Below are positions 10,213-18,853 of a stretch of DNA of 63,290 nt, piece by piece (the first letter of the stretch is position 1; each line of letters starts with the position of its first letter). The stretch covers positions 1 through 63,290 of the forward strand of contig JADFUW010000027.1 in assembly GCA_015222205.1 (NCBI GenBank), in the 5' to 3' direction. The position numbers and the translations under genes were made by a program. Below the pieces are notes generated by a model, which was not told where the DNA came from, did no database searches, and saw only the letters and a list, made by a program, of their open reading frames with translations. The DNA comes from Chloroflexota bacterium. Lineage in GTDB: Bacteria > Chloroflexota > Dehalococcoidia > Dehalococcoidales > UBA5760.

Positions 10213-10827
10213 ATGGGTAAATTCGGTAAGGAGTTTGCCAAGGGGCTAATTCTATCTAATCCGGTCTTTGTCCTGGCCCTCGGTTTATGCCCAGCGCTGG
10301 CTATTAGTACCTCAATTGATAATGCACTGGGTATGACCCTGGCGGTACTTATTGTCCTTTTGGGGTCGAATATAATAATAGCCGCCATAAGAGGATTTGT
10401 TCCGAGCATAACGAGAATTCCTATATTTATTGTCGTCATTGCTACCCTGGTTACCGTTGTTAATCTAATATTTCATGCCTACCTTCCGGATATGTATGAG
10501 TCACTGGGTATATTCCTGCCCCTCGTTGTCGTAAACTGTATTATACTCGGTCGAGCTGAGGCTTTTGCCTCCAAGAATCCAATATTGCACTCCATTGCTG
10601 ATGCCCTGGGAATTACCGTTGGCTTTATGTTAGCCCTGCTTATGATATCATTCATAAGGCAGATACTCGGCACCGGTAGCCTATCGGTGTTTGGTTTTGA
10701 CTTTTTTACCCTACCTGTCCTGGGGGAACACCCCATAGTTATCTTTGTACTGCCGTACGGGGCATTCTTGATTATAGGGCTGCTCATGGCACTGTTTAAA
10801 CGAACGGGGGTGATGAAGGGTGAATGA
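10213..10827 (+). CDS. rnfE: Rnf complex subunit E
   Basis: LGLCPALA and VVNCIILGRAEAFA motifs. Confidence 0.95.
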   Translation: MGKFGKEFAKGLILSNPVFVLALGLCPALAISTSIDNALGMTLAVLIVLLGSNIIIAAIRGFVPSITRIPIFIVVIATLVTVVNLIFHAYLPDMYESLGIFLPLVVVNCIILGRAEAFASKNPILHSIADALGITVGFMLALLMISFIRQILGTGSLSVFGFDFFTLPVLGEHPIVIFVLPYGAFLIIGLLMALFKRTGVMKGE

Positions 10828-11395
10828 GCTTATTGCCATATTCCTCGGTATGGTTTTAATCAATAACTTTATTCTGGTGAGGTTCTTGGGGCTTTGCCCC
10901 TTCTTTGGCGTCTCTAAGAAGCTAGGCCCCGCTATCAGTATGGGGGTAGCGGTCACCTTTGTCATGACTATTGCCTCCGTTGCTACCTGGCTCATCCGTA
11001 ATTATATCCTGATTCCTTTTGACATTGAGTATATGAATATCGTTATCTTCATACTGGTGATAGCCACGCTGGTCCAGATTATAGAGCTGTTCATCAAAAA
11101 GACGAATATCGGGCTTTATTTTGCCTTTGGTATATACCTGCCGCTCATTACCACGAATTGTGCTGTGCTTGGTATCACCCTGATAAACGCTACCCAGAAT
11201 TACTCGTTCGGTGGTAGCGTGGTGGCTGCCCTCGGTGGTGGCTTGGGCTTTACCCTAGTCCTGGCCATGATGTCGGGCATACGGGAAAAGCTGGAGCTGG
11301 CTAATACCCCTAAGTCAATGAGGGGACTGCCCATCGCCTTTTTAATAGCTGCGTTGCTTGGTCTTGCCTTCTCTGGATTTGGGGGGATGATATAA
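10820..11395 (+). CDS. rnfA: Rnf complex subunit A
   Basis: FLGLCPFFGVS and LPLITTNCAVLG motifs. Confidence 0.95.
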   Translation: MNELIAIFLGMVLINNFILVRFLGLCPFFGVSKKLGPAISMGVAVTFVMTIASVATWLIRNYILIPFDIEYMNIVIFILVIATLVQIIELFIKKTNIGLYFAFGIYLPLITTNCAVLGITLINATQNYSFGGSVVAALGGGLGFTLVLAMMSGIREKLELANTPKSMRGLPIAFLIAALLGLAFSGFGGMI

Positions 11396-11434
11396 TAGAT
11401 GGTATAATATGGAATAGAGGATCTAGAAGAGAAG

Positions 11435-12277
11435 ATGATTATAGGCATACTCACCGCTATAGGCTTAGCCTGCGGGTTAATAATATACATGGTACATATT
11501 AAGGTTCCGCAAAAGGTAAAGGGACTTGAAAAAACGGAGGAGATAAACTCTATCCTGCCCGGGATGAACTGCGGTGCCTGTGGCTATCCCGGTTGTTTTG
11601 GTTATGCTCAGGCACTGGCTAAAGACCCAGACCTAGTGGTTAAGACACCGTGCTCTCAGGTGCTACAGGATGCCGAGAAGCTAGAGCAACTGGAAAAAGC
11701 CCTCGGTATAACCTTGGATGCATCGGAGATGAGCAAAAAGGCCCTTGTCCACTGTGATGGTAACTCGGAGGTTATCTGTAGTTATTCCGGAGTCCAGACA
11801 TGCAAGGCGGCCGCTCAACTTCTCCGGGGGTACAAGAAGTGCCCCTATGCCTGCCTGGGTCTTGACGATTGTGTAAAGATCTGTCCCCAGGGTGCCATAT
11901 CTATAGACCCGGAGAAGAATGTAGCTATCGTTGACCCGGAGGAATGTACCGGATGCGGGCTTTGTGTAGTTGAATGTCCGCAGGACCTCATTGAGTTGGT
12001 TTCGCCAGGGACGAAGATTGCTTTTCTCTGTAGTTACAAGCCGTTGAAGAACATTCCGGGTAGGGAGAGGTGTGATTTTGGCTGCATCCACTGTCGAAAG
12101 TGCTTTAAGGCTTGTGAAGACGAGGCTATAGAGTGGAACAAGGAATTGGCTATACCCGAGTTTAATCAGGAGAAGTGTACCCTCTGTCATAAATGCATTG
12201 AGGTGTGTGAGCAGAATACCCTGGCTGATTTTACCAAAATAGGGAAAGGGAAAGAGGCCGAACTGGTTTCAGTATGA
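11435..12277 (+). CDS. rnfB: Rnf complex subunit B (polyferredoxin)
   Basis: LPGMNCGACGYPGC plus several 4Fe-4S motifs; N-terminal TM. Confidence 0.92.
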   Translation: MIIGILTAIGLACGLIIYMVHIKVPQKVKGLEKTEEINSILPGMNCGACGYPGCFGYAQALAKDPDLVVKTPCSQVLQDAEKLEQLEKALGITLDASEMSKKALVHCDGNSEVICSYSGVQTCKAAAQLLRGYKKCPYACLGLDDCVKICPQGAISIDPEKNVAIVDPEECTGCGLCVVECPQDLIELVSPGTKIAFLCSYKPLKNIPGRERCDFGCIHCRKCFKACEDEAIEWNKELAIPEFNQEKCTLCHKCIEVCEQNTLADFTKIGKGKEAELVSV

Positions 12278-12328
12278 TATTCGCCAGGAAGCAGGATAAT
12301 AAAGGCTACTTTAATAAGTTTATAGAGA

Positions 12329-12886
12329 ATGCGAGTTATCGCTGGTAAAGTAAAGGGACACCGACTTAAAGCACCAAAGGACGCTAGGATTACTCGCCCA
12401 GCAACAGATTTAGTGCGAGGTGCTATTTTCTCTATTCTGGAAGCTACTACCAGTGAGTGGACACAAGTGCTCGATTTATTCTCTGGTAGTGGTGCTTTAG
12501 GTATTGAGGCGCTAAGTCGCGGTGCTCAGTGGGTTGACTTTGTTGAGCAGGAGCCACGGTGTTGTGATATAATTAGGCAAAATTTAGAAAAGACGAGGCT
12601 CATCGCTCAGGCTCGTATTTACTGTTGTGATGTTGCTAAAGCAATTCTCTTTCTGAATAAGGAGTATAGCATTATACTAATGGACCCGCCCTATTCTAAT
12701 CCGTCTATAGGCAAATTGGTAACCCAACTGGCAACCTCCCCACTCGTCGGCCCAAACTCAATCGTAGTGGTAACACATTCCTCTCGTCTTCCCTTAGAAC
12801 CGGTATATGCTACACTGAGTCTTGCTAAAGAGCGTCGCCACGGGGATAGTTGTATTGCCGTATACCGAAAGGAGAATAAGCCTTGA
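12329..12886 (+). CDS. rsmD: 16S rRNA m2G966 methyltransferase
   Basis: MRVIAG, LDLFSGSGALGIEALSRGA and DPPY motifs. Confidence 0.95.
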   Translation: MRVIAGKVKGHRLKAPKDARITRPATDLVRGAIFSILEATTSEWTQVLDLFSGSGALGIEALSRGAQWVDFVEQEPRCCDIIRQNLEKTRLIAQARIYCCDVAKAILFLNKEYSIILMDPPYSNPSIGKLVTQLATSPLVGPNSIVVVTHSSRLPLEPVYATLSLAKERRHGDSCIAVYRKENKP

Positions 12887-13359
12887 CTATTGCTATCTAC
12901 CCCGGCAGCTTCGACCCCATAACTAATGGGCATCTTGATATTATCACCAGAGCCGCTAAACTATTCGAAAAGTTAATTATCGGGGTCTACGATAGACCAA
13001 ACAAGTCTCTACTCTTCACTACCGAGGAGAGGGTAGAGATGGTAAAGCAATCAGTAGCGACTCTACCCAGAGTTGAGGCAAGGGTTTTTAGCGGACTGAC
13101 CGTTAGCTTTGCCAGGGAGGTGAAGGCACAGGCTATAGTGCGCGGGTTAAGAATGAGTGCTGACTTCGAGAGGGAGTTCGACCTGGCTATGATGCACAAA
13201 GAGTTATCTCCTGAGATAGAGATAGTCTGTTTAATGGCAGACCTAAAATATCAGTTCCTTAGCTCTAGTCTCCTCAAGGAGGCTGCTGAGCTGGGGGCTA
13301 CTGTTGATGGTTTCGTCCCTAAACATGTAGCCATAGCGCTAAGAAAGAAGGTTAAATAA
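12883..13359 (+). CDS. coaD: Pantetheine-phosphate adenylyltransferase
   Basis: YPGSFDPITNGHLDI, VRGLR and SSS motifs. Confidence 0.97.
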   Translation: MTIAIYPGSFDPITNGHLDIITRAAKLFEKLIIGVYDRPNKSLLFTTEERVEMVKQSVATLPRVEARVFSGLTVSFAREVKAQAIVRGLRMSADFEREFDLAMMHKELSPEIEIVCLMADLKYQFLSSSLLKEAAELGATVDGFVPKHVAIALRKKVK

Positions 13360-13432
13360 CCAAATGTAGAGATTGCTCAAAAACGGAGAGTATTAAAACC
13401 AGTTTTTTAAGGAACAAAGACAGGAGGTATAT

Positions 13433-13708
13433 ATGGCGTACAAGATTACTGACGAGTGTATTAGTTGCGGGGCCTGCGAGCCCGAGTGCCCAAATGAGGC
13501 AATTAGCGAGGGGGAGACTATCTATGTGATTGACCCCGATAAGTGTACTGAGTGTATTGGTAGCCATGAATCACCCCAGTGCGCTGAAGTCTGCCCTATA
13601 GACAACTGCTGCATACCCGACCCTGAGCATCCGGAGACCAAAGAGCAGCTTCTCGAAAAATGGCGTAAGCTGCACCCGGGTGAAGAGCCAGCTGACGGCA
13701 CCTATTAA
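13433..13708 (+). CDS. YfhL-type 2[4Fe-4S] ferredoxin
   Basis: [12 protein letters not shown] and CTEC..x..QCAEVCP motifs. Confidence 0.92.
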   Translation: MAYKITDECISCGACEPECPNEAISEGETIYVIDPDKCTECIGSHESPQCAEVCPIDNCCIPDPEHPETKEQLLEKWRKLHPGEEPADGTY

Positions 13709-13732
13709 GACTAAATAATACGTGTAACGGAA

Positions 13733-13796
13733 AGCAACCCCTTGTTAGTAGCCAACGTTAGTTGGTCTAATGGGGGTTGCTCGTTGTTTCTCTTTT
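13733..13796. terminator. Long hairpin between convergent ferredoxin and cvpA genes
   Basis: AGCAACCCC...GGGGTTGCT outer stem with GCCAAC/GTTGGT inner stem, then a T-rich tail. Confidence 0.7.
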
Positions 13797-13823
13797 GCTA
13801 TGACTTAAACGGTCTGTAACCAG

Positions 13824-14312
13824 CTACTCAAAGAAAGGCCGTATGGCATCAAATTCGCTGGGTAGCAGAGCTAGCACCCTGGGGAATTCGTTTAATAAGA
13901 TAGGCGCTATTCTTGATTCGGTAATAGCCCCCGGGATACCTAAATATTTGACCCAGATGGCTAAAATGGCACCACAGAATATGGCTCCCAGCATAAAACC
14001 AAGCACCGCACCGACGAGACGATTAACCCAGCCTAGCATTATCACCGAGGCTGCCCGCTCTATTAAGCGTGCCAATAAAGCAGCAATCACCATTACACCA
14101 ATAAATATGATGGTAAAGGCAGCCGCCTTCGCCCAACCGGGTGAGGTAATAAGTGTTAGCTGCTCAGAGAAGGGAATATAGTAGCGCCCGGCCAGGAATA
14201 TGCCAAGTATCAGTCCAGCCAGGGTTAGGGCAGCTTTTATTATTCCCTTTCTCAGCCCAATAAAGGTAGTAATACCTATAGCTACTATGAGAACTATATC
14301 AAGCCAATTCAT
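13824..14312 (-). CDS. cvpA: CvpA (colicin V production) family membrane protein
   Basis: MNWLDI start, GLRKG, NRLVGAVLG; four TM helices. Confidence 0.88.
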   Translation of the reverse strand: MNWLDIVLIVAIGITTFIGLRKGIIKAALTLAGLILGIFLAGRYYIPFSEQLTLITSPGWAKAAAFTIIFIGVMVIAALLARLIERAASVIMLGWVNRLVGAVLGFMLGAIFCGAILAIWVKYLGIPGAITESRIAPILLNEFPRVLALLPSEFDAIRPFFE

Positions 14313-14358
14313 AGAAACTTACTTACCTTTATATATGGCGTTTGCAGCATCTATAATA

Positions 14359-15609
14359 TCATCCGTAGTGTAGGGCATCAATGGGATTAAGCCGGGCTGC
14401 CCTCAGTGCCGGGTATATCCCGGAGACAAGACCAATAAAAATAGAGACTGATATCGCCAAGATTACAATATCTGGTGATACCACGGCTGGAATTGCTTCT
14501 CCGCCAATATTTATACGGGAAATAAGGTGTGATACAATGAAGCCCCCAATTACGCCGATAGCGCTACCGACCAGGCTAATCATGGCTGCCTCAAGCAGGA
14601 ATTGACCCAAGATATCCCGTCGCTTAGCCCCCAGTGCCTTGCGGACGCCTATCTCCCGGGTGCGCTCGGTTACGGAAACCAGCATGATATTCATAATGCC
14701 GATGCCACCAACGAGCAGGGAAATGCCAGCAATAGCCCCTAAGAATATGGTGAATACCCCGGTTATCTGCTCCAACATACCAACTATCTCCTCCTGACTG
14801 ATAGCACGGAAGTCATCCTCGTCGTCAGCGGCTAGACGATGGCGCTGCCGCAAAACATCCTCAATATCATAAATGGCTTCATCTATAGCCTTGGCACTGG
14901 CTACCTGAACCATAATTGAGTCAACAGCATCTTCGCCACTAGCCGTCTGCTGGGTAAATAGACGGGTGTGAAAGGTGGTTATGGGTACCATAAGCAGCTC
15001 ATCCTCACTAACCCCCATAAACGCCCCACCCTTAGCCTCCAGAACCCCGATAACAGTAAACCGACGCCCCTTAATCTTAATCTTTTGCCCGATAGGGTCT
15101 TCCAAATCAAACAGGTCGGTAGCCACTTTATCCCCAAGCACTGCCACCGAATCTCTACGAGACACATTCCTCTCGGAAATAAATTGACCCGAGGCTAGAG
15201 AATAATTTAATAGCCACTGACAATCAGGGGTAACTCCATTTATTATGGTGACTACACTTTCGCCACCAAATGACACCTCACCATAGTTATCACATGACGG
15301 AGCTACTGCTACTACCGAGCGGACATGGTCTGGGTTAGCCAATGCCTTGGCATCATCCATGGTGAGGGTAGGCTCCACGGAAGGTGGCCCCATTAGCCCG
15401 GGGCCGGGTATGCTAGGCAACACATAAATTACATTCGTGCCCAGGTCTTCAAAAGTAGAGGTAATCATCGCTTGGGCACCTCTACCTATTGACATAAGTC
15501 CTATTACCGCCGTCACCCCGATTATTATGCCCAGCATAGTTAGTGTGGAGCGCAGTTTATTGGACGCAAGTGACTTTATAGCACTAACTAGGGAGTCTCT
15601 GAACTTCAC
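14359..15609 (-). CDS. MacB/FtsX-type ABC transporter permease
   Basis: NKLRSTLTMLGIIIG and GGIGIMNIMLVSVTERTREIG motifs. Confidence 0.93.
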   Translation of the reverse strand: MKFRDSLVSAIKSLASNKLRSTLTMLGIIIGVTAVIGLMSIGRGAQAMITSTFEDLGTNVIYVLPSIPGPGLMGPPSVEPTLTMDDAKALANPDHVRSVVAVAPSCDNYGEVSFGGESVVTIINGVTPDCQWLLNYSLASGQFISERNVSRRDSVAVLGDKVATDLFDLEDPIGQKIKIKGRRFTVIGVLEAKGGAFMGVSEDELLMVPITTFHTRLFTQQTASGEDAVDSIMVQVASAKAIDEAIYDIEDVLRQRHRLAADDEDDFRAISQEEIVGMLEQITGVFTIFLGAIAGISLLVGGIGIMNIMLVSVTERTREIGVRKALGAKRRDILGQFLLEAAMISLVGSAIGVIGGFIVSHLISRINIGGEAIPAVVSPDIVILAISVSIFIGLVSGIYPALRAARLNPIDALHYG

Positions 15610-16280
15610 TAGCTGGTAATCCTCCCATCAGAAAGGCGAATCGTTCTCTGGGCCTGAGCAGCTATATCTGTCTCATGGGTAATCAGGATTATAGTTTTAC
15701 CCTCTTGGTGAAGCTGGCGGAAAATAGACATAATCTCGGCAGAAGAATGAGTGTCAAGATTACCCGTTGGCTCATCAGCTAGGATGAGAGCGGGATTATT
15801 AACCAGCGCCCGGGCGATGGCTACCCGTTGTTGCTCACCGCCGGATAGCTCGGTAGGTTTATGATTGGCCCTCCCCCCCAGTCCTACCCACTCTAGTGCC
15901 TCGGCAGTACGTTCTCGTCTGTGGTGGACACCGCCACTATAGATAAGGGGCAGCTCTACATTGGCTAAGGCAGTAGCCCGCGGCAGAAGGTTAAAGTCCT
16001 GAAAGACAAAACCAATCTTTTTATTTCTCATCTCGGCTAACTGATTATCATTGAGCTGACTGACATCAACCCCGTCAAAGAGATATTTACCCGAAGTAGG
16101 CTTATCCAGACAGCCTATTATGTTTAACATGGTTGATTTACCCGAGCCTGAGGCACCAATAATGGACACCATCTCTCCCGCGGTAATAGAGAGAGTTACT
16201 CCCCTCAGGGCATTAATCTCTACCTTACCCATGCGGTAAACCTTGGTAATATTTTCCAGCTCTATCATATCTTTAGGCAT
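15609..16280 (-). CDS. ABC transporter ATP-binding protein (LolD/MacB type)
   Basis: [17 protein letters not shown] and ADEPTGNLD motifs. Confidence 0.95.
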   Translation of the reverse strand: MPKDMIELENITKVYRMGKVEINALRGVTLSITAGEMVSIIGASGSGKSTMLNIIGCLDKPTSGKYLFDGVDVSQLNDNQLAEMRNKKIGFVFQDFNLLPRATALANVELPLIYSGGVHHRRERTAEALEWVGLGGRANHKPTELSGGEQQRVAIARALVNNPALILADEPTGNLDTHSSAEIMSIFRQLHQEGKTIILITHETDIAAQAQRTIRLSDGRITS

Positions 16281-16312
16281 ATAATAATCCTGTCAACCCG
16301 AGGTTCTATTTA

Positions 16313-17548
16313 TTAATGAAAAGCACCGAACATTCCTGAGTTTGGCCTAGGCCGCTCTTCTACAGCCACTATTTCTCCCTCGCTAAGTCCAGACTTAATC
16401 TCTGTCTGGAAGCCATCGCTTAAGCCGATAACTACCGGCCGTTCCTCAATCTCCCCAAGCTGTTCATCGACCACAACATAGACCACCGGGCTACCGTTGA
16501 TATATTCAATCGCCCGGTCGGGTATTAGCAAGACATCACTTTGGTCACTGAGTATAATATCAGCGGTAGCACTCATGCCAATCCTCAGGCCAGAACCCTC
16601 AGGAACATCAAAGCCAATCTTAGTACTGTATATAACTATGCCAGCCTCTACCGTTGGCAGTGGAGAAATGGAGATAACCCTGCCCTCAAGCTGAAGCTCC
16701 GGCAGGGCATCAATTTCAATAATGACTCTTTGTTCCGGCACTACTCCGGGGATATCTATCTCATCTAGGTCTACATCTAACTCCATAGTCTTAGTGTCAA
16801 TCAGGTGAATAATTGTTACTTGTGACACACCTGGGGCTGGGATAACATCCCCCTCATCAACATATATATTAGCCACGACTCCGTCAAAGAGGGTAGTGAT
16901 AGTTTCCCCTTCTAGGTCACCCTGTGCCTTTTCTAGAGCCTGCCTGGCTGCTTCTACCTCCTGCTTTCTTAATGCTACCTCCTTGGCATCACCACCAGTC
17001 AGTATTCTGTCCAATTCCTGTTGGGCTCTAGCCAGATCTAACTCGGCATGGTACACTTCATTGGCCCATACATCTTTATATATGTTAGCTTCTTCTAACC
17101 TGTCTTTAGCATAATCCAGGTAGTCCTCAGCACTATAAACCGCCTGTCGCGCCTTATGGATATCAGGTTTAGTATATATCTCTTGAGCATTATCCAGATT
17201 ATATTCTGCCGTCGCCAGGGCTAGCTCTGCCTGGGTTACCGCCAGCTCCAGTTCATCAACATTAAGTGGGGCTAACGAAGCTAACGCTTGACCTGTGCTG
17301 ACCTCATCACCCTCCTCAACATATATCTTCTCCACCTCGCCACCATCGTCAAAAGCTAAATTCACCTCATTTGATGCCTCTACGGAGCCACTGCCGCTAA
17401 CACTAACGGTTAAATCACCCCGAACTACCTCGACCAGTTGCTGTGTGCTCTCTTCTTCATTTCCCCCACTCCCAAATGGGCTACAAGCCACAGTACCGGC
17501 TAAAGCCACACACAATAGTAAGGCGGCTACAATTTCCCAACGCTTCAT
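16313..17548 (-). CDS. MacA/HlyD-like membrane fusion lipoprotein
   Basis: Lipobox TVAC, VEEGDEV lipoyl-like motif, coiled-coil hairpin, LRIGMSA. Confidence 0.88.
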   Translation of the reverse strand: MKRWEIVAALLLCVALAGTVACSPFGSGGNEEESTQQLVEVVRGDLTVSVSGSGSVEASNEVNLAFDDGGEVEKIYVEEGDEVSTGQALASLAPLNVDELELAVTQAELALATAEYNLDNAQEIYTKPDIHKARQAVYSAEDYLDYAKDRLEEANIYKDVWANEVYHAELDLARAQQELDRILTGGDAKEVALRKQEVEAARQALEKAQGDLEGETITTLFDGVVANIYVDEGDVIPAPGVSQVTIIHLIDTKTMELDVDLDEIDIPGVVPEQRVIIEIDALPELQLEGRVISISPLPTVEAGIVIYSTKIGFDVPEGSGLRIGMSATADIILSDQSDVLLIPDRAIEYINGSPVVYVVVDEQLGEIEERPVVIGLSDGFQTEIKSGLSEGEIVAVEERPRPNSGMFGAFH

Positions 17549-17552
17549 CTAA

Positions 17553-17834
17553 CTAATCCCCCTTTTCTTGCTCGGCTGCTTCTGATTTATACTCTTTCAC
17601 CAGCTTCTCGAAGCGAGCAATCCCTTCACTCATCATACCTAACATGTGTTCCATGACATCGGCTTTGAGTAATGCTAACATTCCTTTTTCATGGCCGGTA
17701 AAAAATAGGAGTGTAGTTCCGGTATCTATGCCCAGCTCCTTGCGGGCATTGACGGGTATAACTATTTGTCCTTTAGGTCCAACCGTAGTTGAGCCAAAGT
17801 ATTTAGGCTCACCCCAGATATTCTTAATTTTCAC
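17553..17834 (-). CDS. AbrB/MazE/SpoVT family DNA-binding protein
   Basis: TTVGPKGQIVIPVNARKELGI motif. Confidence 0.88.
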   Translation of the reverse strand: MKIKNIWGEPKYFGSTTVGPKGQIVIPVNARKELGIDTGTTLLFFTGHEKGMLALLKADVMEHMLGMMSEGIARFEKLVKEYKSEAAEQEKGD

Positions 17835-17850
17835 GATACCCCCCTTTAGC

Positions 17851-17909
17851 TAAGTAGTAATATAAATCTAACCTTCCCTACTTATACTACTTATAAGAAA
17901 AATTGTCAA
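17851..17909 (-). promoter_or_regulatory. Sigma70 promoter with TAAGTAG repeat array (candidate operator)
   Basis: Minus-strand TTGACA-17-TATAAG; CTACTTATA twice in tandem (17878-17895) plus an inverted copy at 17851. Confidence 0.55.
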
Positions 17910-18023
17910 GTGGTTGCTGGAGGATTCGGGGCTAGAATTTAAACGGCAAGGTTAACAAATAGTGCCTAATTAACAAGAATTACCAAGCGGCCAATTGTCT
18001 GCAAAAATCTGAAGCACTGCTGG

Positions 18024-18824
18024 CTAATTACCCAGTTCTTTAGCTTTATTATAGGCAGCTATAACTGCTTGCTTAATTAGCTCGGTAAACTGTCCTTTTT
18101 CCAGCTGGGCTAACGCTTCAGCGGTAGTGCCGCCGGGGGAGGTAACCATCCTTCGTAGCTCTGACGGGAGCTTACCTGACTGCTGCATAAACTGAGTTGA
18201 ACCCAGAATTGTTTGTAAGACCAGCTCCTGTGCTATATCATGAGAGAGGCCGATATGTATGGCGGCATCAACCAGTGCCTCGGCAAAGAGAAAAACATAG
18301 GCTGGCCCGCTACCGCTTACTGCCGTCGCCATATCAATATACTTCTCATCGTCAACATAAATCTCCCTACCCATAGCACCGAGAATAGAGCCAGCCCATG
18401 TTTTTTGTTGCTTGGTTACCTCTTTAGTAGCTGTCCAGGCACTCATCCCCTCACCAATCTGGGCGGGGGTGTTGGGCATCACCCGGACGATATGATTATG
18501 GCTAAGCCCATGACGCAGAGTGCTAATTCTGGCGCCGGCAATGATAGATAATGCCAGCTGAGACGGCTTAAGCTGACTGTTAAGCTCTGCCATTACCTCA
18601 GCTAGCTGCTGCGGTTTAATCGCTAGGACTACTATGTCACCCTTGCTTACTGCCTGACGATTATCACCCACCACGGTAACACCATATTTCTGTCCCAGAT
18701 ACTGACGACGAGTCTGACTAACATCACTGACCGAGATAGCCTCTTTAGAGCTGAGTCCCTTAGCTAAGATAGCGGCTAGTATTGCCTCCCCCATATTGCC
18801 ACCACCAATAAATGCTACTTTCAT
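18024..18824 (-). CDS. proC: Pyrroline-5-carboxylate reductase
   Basis: FIGGGNMG, RVMPNTP, SGSGPAY and VTSPGGTT motifs. Confidence 0.97.
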   Translation of the reverse strand: MKVAFIGGGNMGEAILAAILAKGLSSKEAISVSDVSQTRRQYLGQKYGVTVVGDNRQAVSKGDIVVLAIKPQQLAEVMAELNSQLKPSQLALSIIAGARISTLRHGLSHNHIVRVMPNTPAQIGEGMSAWTATKEVTKQQKTWAGSILGAMGREIYVDDEKYIDMATAVSGSGPAYVFLFAEALVDAAIHIGLSHDIAQELVLQTILGSTQFMQQSGKLPSELRRMVTSPGGTTAEALAQLEKGQFTELIKQAVIAAYNKAKELGN

Positions 18825-18853
18825 ACTAACTTCCCTTCCCTCATACTGCTTCT

